Origin: Eledone cirrhosa
Lineage: Eukaryota
Assembly (NCBI GenBank): GCA_964016885.1
Contig: OZ024743.1
Location: 134,478,001-134,542,000, forward strand
DNA: 64,000 bases
Direction of reading: 5' to 3'
Position numbers and translations under genes: made by a program. The notes beneath the pieces were generated by a model. That model was given only the letters and a program-made list of their open reading frames with translations, was not told the origin of the DNA and made no database searches. Shown piece after piece: positions 1 to 17,000 of this stretch (positions within the stretch are counted from its first letter, which is position 1; every line of letters starts with the position of its first letter).

Positions 1-3000
1 AAACACCAAAAAGCAGACACCAAACAGCAAACACCAAACAGCAAACACCAAACACCAAACACCCAGCACCAAGCACCAACCACCAAACTCCAAGCACCAA
101 AGACCAAGTACCAAGCACCAAGCACCAAACAACAAGCACCAAGCACCAAGCACCAAACACCAAGCACCAAGCACCAAACACCAACCACCCAGCACCAACC
201 ACCAAGCACCAAACACCAAGCACCAAACACCAAACACCAAACACGAAGCACCAAGCACCAAGCAACAAACAACAAGCACCAAGCACAAAGCACCAAACAC
301 CAAGCCCCAAGCACCAAGCACCAAACACCAAACACCAAGCACCAAGCACCAAACCCCAAGCACCAAGCACCAAGCACCTAGCACCAAACACCAAACAACA
401 AGCACCAAGTACCCAACACCAAGCACCAATCACCAAGCACCAAACACCAAGCAGCAAGCAGCAAGCACCAAACACCAAACACCAAGCACCAAGCACCAAA
501 CACCAAGCACCAAGGATCAAACATCAAACACCAAGCACCAAGCACCAATCACCTAACACCAAGCACCAAACACCAAGCACCAAGCACCGAACACCAAGCA
601 CCAAACACCAAGCACCAAACACCAAGCACCAAGCACCAAATACCAAGCACCAAACACCAAGCACCAAGCACCAAGCACCAAACACCAAGCACCAGGCACC
701 AAGCACCAAACACCAAGCACCATGCACCAAGCACCAAGCCCCAAACACTTAACACCAAGCACCAAGCACCAAGCATCAAACACCAAGCATCAAAAACCAA
801 ACACCAAGCACCAAGTACCAAACACCAAGCACCAAGCACCAAACACCAAGCAGCAAGCACCAATCACCAAACACCAAGAACCAAGCACCAAACACCAAGA
901 ACCAAGCACCAAGTACATACACCAAGCACCAAACACCAAACACAAAACACCAAGCACCAAGCAACAAGCATCAAACACCAAGCGTCAAACACCAAACACC
1001 AAGCACTCAGCACCAAACACCAAGCACCAAACACCAAGCACCAAACACCAAACACCAAGCACCAAGCACCAAAACCCAAACACCAAGCACCAAGCACCAA
1101 ACACCAAACACCAAGCACCAAGCACCAAACACCAAGCACCAAGCACCAAACAGCAAACCCCAAGCACCAAGCACCAAACACTAATCACCAAGCACCAAGC
1201 ACCAAACAACAAGCACCAAGCACCAAGCACCAGGCACCAAGCACCAAGCACCAAACACAAAACACCAAGCACCAAGCACCAAGCAGCACACACCAAGCAT
1301 CAAACACCAAACACCCAACACCAAGCACCAAACACCAAACACCAAGCACTAAGCACCAAGCACCAAGCACCAAACTCCAAGCACCCAGCACCAAACAACA
1401 ATCACCAAGCACCAAGCACCAAACACCAAATACCAAGCACCAAGCACCAAGCACCAAACACCAAACACCAAGCACCAAACACCAGACACCAAGCAGCAAA
1501 CACCAAACACCAAGCACCAAGCACCAAACAGCATACAACAAGCACCAGGCACCAAGCACCAAACACCAAGAACCAAGCACCAAACACCAAGAACCAAGCA
1601 ACAAGTACATACACCAAGCACGAAACACCAAACACAAAACACCAAGCACCAAGCAACAAGCATCAAACCCCAAGCATCAAACACCAAACACCAAGCACCA
1701 AGCGCCAAACACCAAACACCAAGCACCACGCACCAAGCACAAAACACCAAGCACTCAGCACCAAACACCAAGCACCAAACACCAAGCACCAAACACCAAA
1801 CACCAAGCACCAAGCACCAAAACCCAAACACCAAGCACCAAGCACCAAACGCCAAACACCAAACACCAGACACCAAGCACCAAACACAAAAAAACCAAAC
1901 ACCAAGCACCAAGCACCAAACAGCAAACCCCAAGCACCAAGCACCAAACACTAATCACCAAGCACCAAGCACCAAACAACAAGCACCAAGCACCAAGCAC
2001 CAGGCACCAAGCACCAAGCACCAAACAAAAAACACCAAGCACCAAGCACCAAGCAGCACACACCAAGCATCAAACACCAAACACCCAACACCAAGCACCA
2101 AACAGCAAGCACCAAGCACTAAGCACCAAGCACCAAGAACCAAACTCCAAGCACCCAGCACCAAACAACAAACACCAAGCACCAAGCACCAAACACCAAA
2201 TACCAAGCACCAAGCACCAAGCACCAAACACCAAACACCAAGCACCAAACACCAGACAACAAGCAGCAAACACCAAACACCAAGCACCAAGCACCAAACA
2301 GCATACAACAAGCACCAGGCACCAAGCACCAAACACCAAACACCAAGCACCAAGCACCAAACACCAAGCACCAAGGATCAAACATAAAACACCAAGCACC
2401 AAGCACCAATCACCTAACACCAAGCACCAAACACCAAGCACCAAGCACCAAACACCAGGCACCAAACACCAAGCACCAAACACCAAGCACCAAGCACCAA
2501 ATACCAAGCACCAAACACCAAGCACCAAGCACCAAGCACCAAACACCAAGCACCAGGCACCAAGCACCAAACACCAAGCACCATGCAACAAGCACCAAGC
2601 CCCAAACACTTAACACCAAGCACCAAGCACCAAGCATCAAACACCAAGCATCAAAAACCAAACACCAAGCACCAAGTACCAAACACCAAGCACCAAGCAC
2701 CAAACACCAAGCCCCAAGCACCAATCACCAAACACCAAGAACCAAGCACCAAACACCAAGAACCAAGCACCAAGTACATACACCAAGCACCAAACACCAA
2801 ACACAAAACACCAAGCACCAAGCAACAAGCATCAAACACCAAGCATCAAACACCAAACACCAAGCACCAAGCACCAAACACCAAACACCAAGCACCACGC
2901 ACCAAGCACAAAACACCAAGCACTCAGCACCAAACACCAAGCACCAAACACCAAGCACCAAACACCAAACACCAAGCACCAAGCAGCAAAACCCAAACAC

Positions 3001-6000
3001 CAAGCACCAAGCACCAAACACCAAACACCAAACACCAGACACCAAGCACCAAACACCAAACACCAAACACCAAGCACCAGGCACCAAACAGCATACAACA
3101 AGCACCAGGCACCAAGCACCGAACACCAAACACCAAGCACCAAGCACCAAACACCAAGCACCAAGCACCAAACACCAAACACCAAGCACCAAGCACAAAG
3201 CACCAAACACCAAACACCAAACACCAAACAGCAAACACCAAACACCAAACAGCAAAAACCAAATACGAAACAGCAAACACCATACAGCAAACACCAAACA
3301 CCAAAAAGCAGACACCAAACAGCAAACACCAAACAGCAAACACCAAACACCAAACACCAAGCACCAAGCACCAACCACCAAACTCCAAGCACCAAACAAC
3401 AAGCACCAAGCACCAAGCACCAAACACCAAGCACCAAGCACCAAACACCAACCACCCAGCACCAACCACCAAGCACCAAACACCAAGCACCAAACACCAA
3501 ACACCAAACACGAAGCACCAAGCACCAAGCACGAAACAACAAGCACCAAGCACAAAGCACCAAACACCAAGCCCCAAGCACCAAGCACCAAACACCAAAC
3601 ACCAAGCACCAAGCACCAAACCCCAAGCACCAAGCACCAAGCACCTAGCACCAAACACCAAACAACAAGCACCAAGTACCCAACACCAAGCACCAATCAC
3701 CAAGCACCAAACACCAAGCAGCAAGCAGCAAGCACCAAACACCAAACACCAAGCACCAAGCACCAAACACCAAGCACCAAGGATCAAACATCAAACACCA
3801 AGCACCAAGCACCAAGCACCAAACACCAAGCACCAAACACCAAGTCCCACGCACCAAGCACCAAACACCAAACACCAAGCACCAAGCACCAAACACCAAG
3901 CACCAAGCACCAAGCCCCTAGCACCAAACACCAAACACCAAGCACCAAGCACAAAACACCAAGCACCAATCACCAAGCACCAAACACCAAGCAGCAAGCA
4001 GCAAGCACCAAACACCAAACACCAAGCACCAAGCACCAAATACCAAACACCAAGCACCAAGGACCAAACATCAAACACCAAGCACCAAGCACCAAACGCC
4101 TAACACCAAGCACCAAGCACCTAGCAGCAAACACAAAGCACCAGGCACCAAGCCCCAAACACCAAGCACCATGCACCAAACACCAAGCACCAAGCACGAA
4201 GCACCAAACACCAAGCACCAAGCACCATACACCAAACACCAAACACCAAACACCAAGCACCAAGACCGAAGCACCAAACATCAAGCACCAAACTCCTAAC
4301 ACAAAACACCAAGCACCAAGCAGCAAGCACCACACACAAAACACCTAGCACCAAGCACCAAACACCAAACACCAAGCACCAAGGACCAAACATCAAACAC
4401 CAAGCACCAAGCACCAAACACCTAACACCAAGCACCAAGCATCAAGCACCAAGCACCAAACACCAAGCATCAAACACAAAGCACCAAGCACCAAACACCA
4501 AGCACCAAGCACCAAACACCAAGCACCAAGCACCAAACACCAAACCCCAAGCACCAAACACCAAACCCCAAGCACCAAGCACCAAACACTAATCACCAAG
4601 CACCAAGCATCAAACAACAAGCACCAAGCACCAAGCACCAGGCACCAAGCACCAAGCACCAAACACTAATCACCAAGCACAAAGCACCAAGCACCAAACA
4701 CCAATCACCAAGCACCAAGCATCAAACACCAAGCACCAAGCACCAAACACCAAACACCAAGCACCAAAGACCAAGCACCAAGCACCAAGCACCAAGCACC
4801 AAACCCCAAGCACCAACCACCAAGCACCAAACACCAAGCACCAAGCACCAAACACCAACCACCCAGCACCAAGCACCAAGCACCAAACACCAAGCACCAA
4901 ACACCAAACACCAAACACGAAGCACCAAGCACCAAGCACCAAACACCAAGCCCCAAGCACCAAGCACCAAACACCAAACACCAAGCACCAAGCACCAAAC
5001 CCCAAGCACCAAGCATCAAGCACCTAGCACCAAACACCAAACAACAAGCACCAAGTACCCAACACCAAGCACCAATCACCAAGCACCAAACACCAAGCAG
5101 CAAGCAACAAGCACCACAACACCAAACACCAAGCACCAAGCACCAAACACCAAGCACCAAGGATCAAACATCAAACACCAAGCACCAAGCACCAATCACC
5201 TAACACCAAGCACCAAACACCAAGCACCAAGCACCGAACACCAAGCACCAAACACCAAGCACCAAACACCAAGCACCAAGCACCAAATACCAAGCACCAA
5301 ACACCAAGCACCAAGCACCAAGCACCAAACACCAAGCACCAGGCACCAAGCACCAAACACCAAGCACCATGCACCAAGCACCAAGCCCCAAACACTTAAA
5401 CACCAAGCACCAAGCACCAAGCATCAAACACCAAGCATCAAAAACCAAACACCAAGCACCAAGTACCAAACACCAAGCACCAAGCACCAAACACCAAGCA
5501 CCAAGCACCAATCACCAAACACCAAGAACCAAGCACCAAACACCAAGAACCAAGCAACAAGTACATACACCAAGCACGAAACACCAAACACAAAACACCA
5601 AGCACCAAGCAACAAGCATCAAACACCAAGCATCAAACACCAAACACTAAGCACCAAGCGCCAAACACCAAACACCAAGCACCACGCACCAAGCACAAAA
5701 CACCAAGCACTCAGCACCAAACACCAAGCACCAAACACCAAGCACCAAACACCAAACACCAAGCACCAAGCACCAAAACCCAAACACCAAGCACCAAGCA
5801 CCAAACACCAAACACCAAACACCAGACACCAAGCACCAAACACCAAACACCAAACACCAAGCACCAAGCACCAAACAGCAAACCCCAAGCACCAAGCACC
5901 AAACACTAATCACCAAGCACCAAGCACCAAACAACAAGCACCAAGCACCAAGCACCAGGCACCAAGCACCAAGCACCAAACAAAAAACACCAAGCACCAA

Positions 6001-9000
6001 GCACCAAGCAGCACACACCAAGCATCAAACACCAAACACCCAACACCAAGCACCAAACACCAAACACCAAGCACTAAGCACCAAGCACCAAGAACCAAAC
6101 TCCAAGCACCCAGCACCAAACAACAAACACCAAGCACCAAGCACCAAACACCAAATACCAAGCACCAAGCACCAAGCACCAAACACCAAACACCAAGCAC
6201 CAAACACCAGACAACAAGCAGCAAACACCAAACACCAAGCACCAAGCACCAAACAGCATACAACAAGCACCAGGCACCAAGCACCAAACACCAAACACCA
6301 AGCACCAAGCACCAAACACCAAGCACCAAGGATCAAACATAAAACACCAAGCACCAAGCACCAATCACCTAACACCAAGCACCAAACACCAAGCACCAAG
6401 CACCGAACACCAAGCACCAAACACCAAGCACCAAACACCAAGCACCAAGCACCAAATACCAAGCACCAAACACCAAGCACCAAGCACCAAGCACCAAACA
6501 CCAAGCACCAGGCACCAAGCACCAAACACCAAGCACCATGCAACAAGCACCAAGCCCCAAACACTTAACACCAAGCACCAAGCACCAAGTACCAAACACC
6601 AAGCACCAAGCACCAAACACCAAGCCCCAAGCACCAATCACCAAACACCAAGAACCAAGCACCAAGTACATACACCAAGCACCAAACACCAAACACAAAA
6701 CACCAAGCACCAAGCAACAAGCATCAAACACCAAGCATCAAACACCAAACACCAAGCACCAAGCACCAAACACCAAACACCAAGCACCACGCACCAAGCA
6801 CAAAACACCAAGCACTCAGCACCAAACACCAAGCACCAACCACCAAGCACCAAACACCAAACACCAAGCACCAAGCACCAAAACCCAAACACCAAGCAGC
6901 AAGCACCAAACACCATACACAAAACACCAGACACCAAGCACCAAACACCAAACACCAAACACCAAGCACCAGGCACCAAACAGCATACAACAAGCACCAG
7001 GCACCAAGCACCAAACACCAAACACCAAGCACCAAGCACCAAAAACCAAGCACCAAGCACCAAATGCCAAACACCAAGCACCAAGCACAAAGCACCAAAC
7101 ACCAAACACCAAACACCAAACAGCAAACACCAAACACCAAACAGCAAAAACCAAATACGAAACAGCAAACACCATACAGCAAACACCAAACACCAAAAAG
7201 CAGACACCAAACAGCAAACACCAAACAGCAAACACCAAACACCAAACACCAAGCACCAAGCACCAACCACCAAACTCCAAGCACCAAAGACCAAGCACCA
7301 AGCACCAAGCACCAAACAACAAGCACCAAGCACCAAGCACCAAACACCAAGCACCAAGCACCAAACACCAACCACCCAGCACCAAGCACCAAGCACCAAA
7401 CACCAAGCACCAAACACCAAACACCAAACACGAAGCACCAAGCACCAAGCACCAAACAACAAGCACCAAGCACAAAGCACCAAACACCAAGCCCCAAGCA
7501 CCAAGCACCAAACACCAAACACCAAGCACCAAGCACCAAACCCCAAGCACCAAGCACCAAGCACCTAGCACCAAACACCAAACAACAAGCACCAAGTACC
7601 CAACACCAAGCACCAATCACCAAGCACCAAACACCAAGCAGCAAGCAGCAAGCACCAAACACCAAACACCAAGCACCAAGCACCAAACATCAAGCACCAA
7701 GGATCAAACATCAAACACCAAGCACCAAGCACCAATCACCTAACACCAAGCACCAAACACCAAGCACCAAGCACCGAACACCAAGCACCAAACACCAAGC
7801 ACCAAGCACCAAACACCAAGCATCAAACACCAAGCATCAAAAACAAAGCACCAAGCACCAAGTACCAAACACCAAGCACCAAGCACCAAACACCATGCAC
7901 CAAGCACCAATCACCAAACACCAAGAACCAAGCACCAAACACCAAGAACCAAGCACCAAGTACATACACCAAGCACCAAACACGAAACACAAAACACCAA
8001 GCACCAAGCAACAAGCATCAAACACCAAGCGTCAAACACCAAACACCAAGCACTCAGCACCAAACACCAAGCACCAAACACCAAGCACCAAACACCAAAC
8101 ACCAAGCACCAAGCACCAAAACCCAAACACCAAGCACCAAGCACCAAACACCAAACACCAAGCACCAAGCACCAAACACCAAGCACCAAGCACCAAACAG
8201 CAAACCCCAAGCACCAAGCACCAAACACTAATCACCAAGCACCAAGCACCAAACAACAAGCACCAAGCACCAAGCACCAGGCACCAAGCACCAAGCACCA
8301 AACACAAAACACCAAGCACCAAGCACCAAGCAGCACACACCAAGCATCAAACACCAAACACCCAACACCAAGCACCAAACACCAAACACCAAGCACTAAG
8401 CACCAAGCACCAAGCACCAAACTCCAAGCACCCAGCACCAAACAACAATCACCAAGCACCAAGCATCAAACACCAAATACCAAGCACCAAGCACCAAGCA
8501 CCAAACACCAAACACCAAGCACCAAACACCAGACACCAAGCAGCAAACACCAAACACCAAGCACCAAGCACCAAACAGCATACAACAAGCACCAGGCACC
8601 AAGCACCAAACACCAAACACCAAGCACCAAGCACCAAACACCAAGCACCAAGCACCAAATGCCAAACACCAAGCACCAAGCACAAAGCACCAAACACCAA
8701 ACACCAAACACCAAACAGCAAACACCAAACACCAAACAGCAAAAACCAAATACGAAACAGCAAACACCATACAGCAAACACCAAACACCAAAAAGCAGAC
8801 ACCAAACAGCAAACACCAAGCACCAAGCACCAAGCACCAAACACCAAGCACCAAGCACCAAACACCAACCACCCAGCACCAAGCACCAAGCACCAAACAC
8901 CAAGCACCAAACACCAAACACTAAACACCAAGCACCAAGCACCAAGCACCAAACACCAAGCCCCAAGCACCAAGTACCAAACACCAAACACCAAGCACCA

Positions 9001-12000
9001 AGCACCAAACACCAAGCCCCAAGCACCAAGCACCAAACACCAAACATCAAGCACCAAGCACCAAACACCAAAAACCAAGCACAAAACACCAAACACCAAG
9101 CACCAAGGACCCAACATCAGACACCAAGCACCTAGCACCAAACACCAAACACCAAGCCCCAAGCACCAAGCACCAAGCACCGAACACCAAGCCCCAAACA
9201 CCAAGCACCAAACACCAAGCACCAAACATCAAACACTAAGTCCCACGCACCAAGCACCAAACAACAAACAGCAAGCACCAAGCACCAAACACCAAGCACC
9301 AAGCACCAAGCCCCTAGCACCAAACACCAAACACCAAGCACCAAGCACAAAACACCAAGCACCAATCACCAAGCACCAAACACCAAGCAGCAAGCAGCAA
9401 GCACCAAACACCAAACACCAATCACCAAGCACCAAGCACCAAACACCAAGCACCAAGGACCAAACAACAAACACCAAGCATCATGCACCAAACACCTAAC
9501 ACCAAGCACCAAGCACCAAGCACCAAGCACCAAACACCAAGCACCAATCACCAAACACCAAGCACCAAGCACCAAACACCAAGCACCAGGCACCAAGCAC
9601 CAAACACCAAGCACCAAGCACCAAACACCAAGCACCAAGACCGAAGCACCAAACACCAAGCACCAAGCTCCAAACACAAAACACCAAGCACCAGGCAGCA
9701 AGCATCAAACACCAAACACCAAGCACCAAGCACCAAGCACCAAACACCAAGCACCAAACACCAAGCACCAAACACCAAGTCCCACGCACCAAGCACCAAA
9801 CACCAAACACCAAGCACCAAGCATCAAACACCAAGCACCAAGCAGCAAGCACCAAACACCAAACACCAAGCACCAACCACCAACCACCAAACACCAAGCA
9901 CCAATAACCAAACACCAAACCCCAAGCACCAAAGACCAAGCACCAAGCACCAAACACTTAAACACCAAGCACCAAGCACCAAGCATCAAACACCAAGCAT
10001 CAAAAACCAAACACCAAGCACCAAGTACCAAACACCAAGCACCAAGCACCAAACACCAAGCACCAAGCACCAATCACCAAACACCAAGAACCAAGCACCA
10101 AACACCAAGAACCAAGCAACAAGTACATACACCAAGCACGAAACACCAAACACAAAACACCAAGCACCAAGCAACAAGCATCAAACACCAAGCATCAAAC
10201 ACCAAACACCAAGCACGAAGCGCCAAACACCAAACACCAAGCACCACGCACCAAGCACAAAACACCAAGCACTCAGCACCAAACACCAAGCACCAAACAC
10301 CAAGCACCAAACACCAAACACCAAGCACCAACCACCAAAACCCAAACACCAAGCACCAAGCACCAAACACCAAACACCAAACACCAGACACCAAGCACCA
10401 AACACCAAACACCAAACACCAAGCACCAAGCACCAAACAGCAAACCCCAAGCACCAAGCACCAAACACTAATCACCAAGCACCAAGCACCAAACAACAAG
10501 CACCAAGCACCAAGCACCAGGCACCAAGCACCAAGCACCAAACAAAAAACACCAAGCACCAAGCACCAAGCAGCACAAACCAAGCATCAAACACCAAACA
10601 CCCAACACCAAGCACCAAACACCAAACACCAAGTACTAAGCACCAAGCACCAAGAACCAAACTCCAAGCACCCAGCACCAAACAACAAACACCAAGCACC
10701 AAGCACCAAACACCAAATACCAAGCACCAAGCACCAAGCACCAAACACCAAACACCAAGCACCAAACACCAGACAACAAGCAGCAAACACCAAACACCAA
10801 GCACCAAGCACCAAACAGCATACAACAAACACCAGGCACCAAGCACCAAACACCAAACACCAAGCACCAAGCACCAAACACCAAGCACCAAGGATCAAAC
10901 ATAAAACACCAAGCACCAAGCACCAATCACCTAACACCAAGCACCAAACACCAAGCACCAAGCACCGAACACCAAGCACCAAACACCAAGCACCAAACAC
11001 CAAGCACCAAGCACCAAATACCAAGCACCAAGCACCAGGCACCAAGCACCAAACACCAAGCACCATGCAACAAGCACCAAGCCCCAAACACTTAACACCA
11101 AGCACCAAGCACCAAGCATCAAACACCAAGCATCAAAAACCAAACACCAAGCACCAAGTACCAAACACCAAGCACCAAGCACCAAACACCAAGCCCCAAG
11201 CACCAATCACCAAACACCAAGAACCAAGCACCAAACACCAAGAACCAAGCACCAAGTACATACACCAAGCACCAAACACCAAACACAAAACACCAAGCAC
11301 CAAGCAACAAGCATCAAACACCAAGCATCAAACACCAAACACCAAGCACCAAGCACCAAACACCAAACACCAAGCACCACGCACCAAGCACAAAACACCA
11401 AGCACTCAGCACCAAACACCAAGCACCAAACACCAAGCACCAAACACCAAACACCAAGCACCAAGCACCAAAACCCAAACACCAAGCAGCAAGCACCAAA
11501 CACCAAACACCAAACACCAGACACCAAGCACCAAACACCAAACACCAAACACCAAGCACCAGGCACCAAACAGCATACAACAAGCACCAGGCACCAAGCA
11601 CCAAACACCAAACACCAAGCACCAAGCACAAAACACCAAGCACCAATCACCAAGCACCAAACACCAAGCAGCAAGCAGCAAGCACCAAACACCAAACACC
11701 AATCACCAAGCACCAAGCACCAAACACCAAGCACCAAGGACCAAACAACAAACACCAAGCATCATGCACCAAACACCTAACACCAAGCACCAAGCACCAA
11801 GCACCAAGCACCAAACACCAAGCACCAATCACCAAACACCAAGCACCAAGCACCAAACACCAAGCACCAGGCACCAAGCACCAAACACCAAGCACCAAGC
11901 ACCAAACACCAAGCACCAAGACCGAAGCACCAAACACCAAGCACCAAGCTCCAAACACAAAACACCAAGCACCAGGCAGCAAGCATCAAACACCAAACAC

Positions 12001-15000
12001 CAAGCACCAAGCACCAAGCACCAAACACCAAGCACCAAACACCAAGCACCAAACACCAAGTCCCACGCACCAAGCACCAAACACCAAACACCAAGCACCA
12101 AGCATCAAACACCAAGCACCAAGCAGCAAGCACCAAACACCAAACACCAAGCACCAACCACCAACCACCAAACACCAAGCACCAATAACCAAACACCAAA
12201 CCCCAAGCACCAAAGACCAAGCACCAAGCACCAAACACTTAAACACCAAGCACCAAGCACCAAGCATCAAACACCAAGCATCAAAAACCAAACACCAAGC
12301 ACCAAGTACCAAACACCAAGCACCAAGCACCAAACACCAAGCACCAAGCACCAATCACCAAACACCAAGAACCAAGCACCAAACACCAAGAACCAAGCAA
12401 CAAGTACATACACCAAGCACGAAACACCAAACACAAAACACCAAGCACCAAGCAACAAGCATCAAACACCAAGCATCAAACACCAAACACCAAGCACCAA
12501 GCGCCAAACACCAAACACCAAGCACCACGCACCAAGCACAAAACACCAAGCACTCAGCACCAAACACCAAGCACCAAACACCAAGCACCAAACACCAAAC
12601 ACCAAGCACCAAGCACCAAAACCCAAACACCAAGCACCAAGCACCAAACACCAAACACCAAACACCAGACACCAAGCACCAAACACCAAACACCAAACAC
12701 CAAGCACCAAGCACCAAACAGCAAACCCCAAGCACCAAGCACCAAACACTAATCACCAAGCACCAAGCACCAAACAACAAGCACCAAGCACCAAGCACCA
12801 GGCACCAAGCACCAAGCACCAAACAAAAAACACCAAGCACCAAGCACCAAGCAGCACAAACCAAGCATCAAACACCAAACACCCAACACCAAGCACCAAA
12901 CACCAAACACCAAGCACTAAGCACCAAGCACCAAGAACCAAACTCCAAGCACCCAGCACCGAACAACAAACACCAAGCACCAAGCACCAAACACCAAATA
13001 CCAAGCACCAAGCACCAAGCACCAAACACCAAACACCAAGCCCCAAACACCAGACAACAAGCAGCAAACACCAAACACCAAGCACCAAGCACCAAACAGC
13101 ATACAACAAGCACCAGGCACCAAGCACCAAACACCAAACACCAAGCACCAAGCACCAAACACCAAGCACCAAGGATCAAACATAAAACACCAAGCACCAA
13201 GCACCAATCACCTAACACCAAGCACCAAACACCAAGCACCAAGCACCGAACACCAAGCACCAAACACCAAGCACCAAACACCAAGCACCAAGCACCAAAT
13301 ACCAAGCACCAAGCACCAGGCACCAAGCACCAAACACCAAGCACCATGCAACAAGCACCAAGCCCCAAACACTTAACACCAAGCACCAAGCACCAACCAT
13401 CAAACACCAAGCATCAAAAACCAAACACCAAGCACCAAGTACCAAAACCAAGCACCAAGCACCAAACACCAAGCCCCAAGCACCAATCACCAAACACCAA
13501 GAACCAAGCACCAAACACCAAGAACCAAGCACCAAGTACATACACCAAGCACCAAACACCAAACACAAAACACCAAGCACCAAGCAACAAGCATCAAACA
13601 CCAAGCATCAAACACCAAACACCAAGCACCAAGCACCAAACACCAAACACCAAGCACCACGCACCAAGCACAAAACACCAAGCACTCAGCACCAAACACC
13701 AAGCACCAAACACCAAGCACCAAACACCAAACACCAAGCACCAAGCACCAAAACCCAAACACCAAGCAGCAAGCACCAAACACCAAACACCAAACACCAG
13801 ACACCAAGCACCAAACACCAAACACCAAACACCAAGCACCAGGCACCAAACAGCATACAACAAGCACCAAACACCAAACACCAAGCACCAAGCACCAAAC
13901 ACCAAGCACCAAGCACCAAATGCCAAACACCAAGCACCAAGCACAAAGCACCAAACACCAAACACCAAACACCAAACAGCAAACACCAAACACCAAACAG
14001 CAAAAACCAAATACGAAACAGCAAACACCATACAGCAAACACCAAACACCAAAAAGCAGACACCAAACAGCAAACACCAAACAGCAAACACCAAACACCA
14101 AACACCAAGCACCAAGCACCAACCACCAAACTCCAAGCACCAAAGACCAAGCACCAAGCACCAAGCACCAAACAACAAGCACCAAGCACCAAGCACCAAA
14201 CACCAAGCACCAAGCACCAAACACCAACCACCCAGCACCAAGCACCAAGCACCAAACACCAAGCACCAAACACCAAACACCAATCACGAAGCACCAAGCA
14301 CCAAGCACCAAACAACAAGCACCAAGCACAAAGCACCAAACACCAAGCCCCAAGCACCAAGCACCAAACACCAAACACCAAGCACCAAGCACCAAACCCC
14401 AAGCACCAAGCACCAAGCACCTAGCACCAAACACCAAACAACAAGCACCAAGTACCCAACACCAAGCACCAATCACCAAGCACCAAACACCAAGCAGCAA
14501 GCAGCAAGCACCAAACACCAAACACCAAGCACCAAGCACCAAACATCAAGCACCAAGGATCAAACATCAAACACCAAGCACCAAGCACCAATCACCTAAC
14601 ACCAAGCACCAAACACCAAGCACCAAGCACCGAACACCAAGCACCAAACACCAAGCACCAAACACCAAGCACCAAGCACCAAATACCAAGCACCAAACAC
14701 CAAGCACCAAGCACCAAGCACCAAACACCAAGCACCAGGCACCAAGCACCAAACACCAAGCACCATGCACCAAGCACCAAGCCCCAAACACTTAACACCA
14801 AGCACCAAGCACCAAGCATCAAACACCAAGCATCAAAAACCAAGCACCAAGCACCAAGTACCAAACACCAAGCACCAAGCACCAAACACCATGCACCAAG
14901 CACCAATCACCAAACACCAAGAACCAAGCACCAAACACCAAGAACCAAGCACCAAGTACATACACCAAGCACCAAACACCAAACACAAAACACCAAGCAC

Positions 15001-17000
15001 CAAGCAACAAGCATCAAACACCAAGCGTCAAACACCAAACACCAAGCACTCAGCACCAAACACCAAGCACCAAACACCAAGCACCAAACACCAAACACCA
15101 AGCACCAAGCACCAAAACCCAAACACCAAGCACCAAGCACCAAACACCAAACACCAAGCACCAAGCACCAAACACCAAGCACCAAGCACCAAACAGCAAA
15201 CCCCAAGCACCAAGCACCAAACACTAATCACCAAGCACCAAGCACCAAACAACAAGCACCAAGCACCAAGCACCAGGCACCAAGCACCAAGCACCAAACA
15301 CAAAACACCAAGCACCAAGCACCAAGCAGCACACACCAAGCATCAAACACCAAACACCCAACACCAAGCACCAAACACCAAACACCAAGCACTAAGCACC
15401 AAGCACCAAGCACCAAACTCCAAGCACCCAGCACCAAACAACAATCACCAAGCACCAAGCATCAAACACCAAATACCAAGCACCAAGCACCAAGCACCAA
15501 ACACCAAACACCAAGCACCAAACACCAGACACCAAGCAGCAAACACCAAACACCAAGCACCAAGCACCAAACAGCATACAACAAGCACCAGGCACCAAGC
15601 ACCAAACACCAAACACCAAACACCAAGCACCAAGCACCAAATGCCAAACACCAAGCACCAAGCACAAAGCACCAAACACCAAACACCAAACACCAAACAG
15701 CAAACACCAAACACCAAACAGCAAAAACCAAATACGAAACAGCAAACACCATACAGCAAACACCAAACACCAAAAAGCAGACACCAAACAGCAAACACCA
15801 AACAGCAAACACCAAACACCAAACACCAAGCACCAAGCACCAACCACCAAACTCCAAGCACCAAAGACCAAGCACCAAGCACCAAGCACCAAACACCAAG
15901 CACCAAGCACCAAACACCAACCACCCAGCACCAAGCACCAAGCACCAAACACCAAGCACCAAACACCAAACACTAAACACCAAGCACCAAGCACCAAGCA
16001 CCAAACACCAAGCCCCAAGCACCAAGTACCAAACACCAAACACCAAGCACCAAGCACCAAACACCAAGCCCCAAGCACCAAGCACCAAACACCAAACATC
16101 AAGCACCAAGCACCAAACACCAAAAACCAAGCACCAAACACCAAACACCAAGCACCAAGGACCCAACATCAAACACCAAGCACCTAGCACCAAACACCAA
16201 ACACCAAGCCCCAAGCACCAAGCACCAAGCACCGAACACCAAGCCCCAAACACCAAGCACCAAACACCAAGCACCAAACATCAAACACTAAGTCCCACGC
16301 ACCAAGCACCAAACAACAAACAGCAAGCACCAAGCACCAAACACCAAGCACCAAGCACCAAGCCCCTAGCACCAAACACCAAACACCAAGCACCAAGCAC
16401 AAAACACCAAGCACCAATCACCAAGCACCAAACACCAAGCAGCAAGCAGCAAGCACCAAACACCAAACACCAATCACCAAGCACCAAGCACCAAACACCA
16501 AGCACCAAGGACCAAACAACAAACACCAAGCATCAACCACCAAACACCTAACACCGAGCACCAAGCACCAAGCACCAAGCACCAAACACCAAGCACCAAT
16601 CACCAAACACCAAGCACCAAGCACCAAACTCCAAGCACCAGGCACCAAGCACCAAACACCAAGCACCAAGCACCAAACACCAAGCACCAAGACCGAAGCA
16701 CCAAACACCAAGCACCAAGCTCCAAACACAAAACACCAAGCACCAGGCAGCAAGCATCAAACACCAAACACCAAGCACCAAGCACCAAGCACCAAACACC
16801 AAGCACCAAACACCAAGCACCAAACACCAAGTCCCACGCACCAAGCACCAAACACCAAACACCAAGCACCAAGCATCAAACACCAAGCACCAAGCAGCAA
16901 GCACCAAACACCAAACACCAAGCACCAACCACCAACCACCAAACACCAAGCACCAATAACCAAACACCAAACCCCAAGCACCAAAGACCAAGCACCAAGC
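1..17000 (+). repeat. Older mosaic higher-order repeat region with roughly 7-kb recurrence and 1.2-1.9 kb sub-blocks
   Basis: The window-start segment (AAAAAGCAGAC landmark) recurs at offsets +7187 and +14043. ORF-track twins: 776/7823/14819, 8032/15028 and 9366/16418. Other offsets: 722/2583 (1861) and 2070/6025 (3955). Confidence 0.7.
9316..13869 (+). repeat. Tandem duplication, period about 2281 bp (copies ~9316-11596 and ~11597-13869)
   Basis: Variant landmarks and ORF-track entries recur at +2281 (9366/11647, 9496/11777, 10074/12355, 11065/13346). The offset becomes +2280 after a 1-bp deletion near 13445. Confidence 0.88.

Noticed and set aside
3255-3320. CENP-B box in the TACGAAA island (TTCG on the minus strand)
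   Set aside because: It lacks the downstream A and CGGG of the NTTCGNNNNANNCGGGN consensus.
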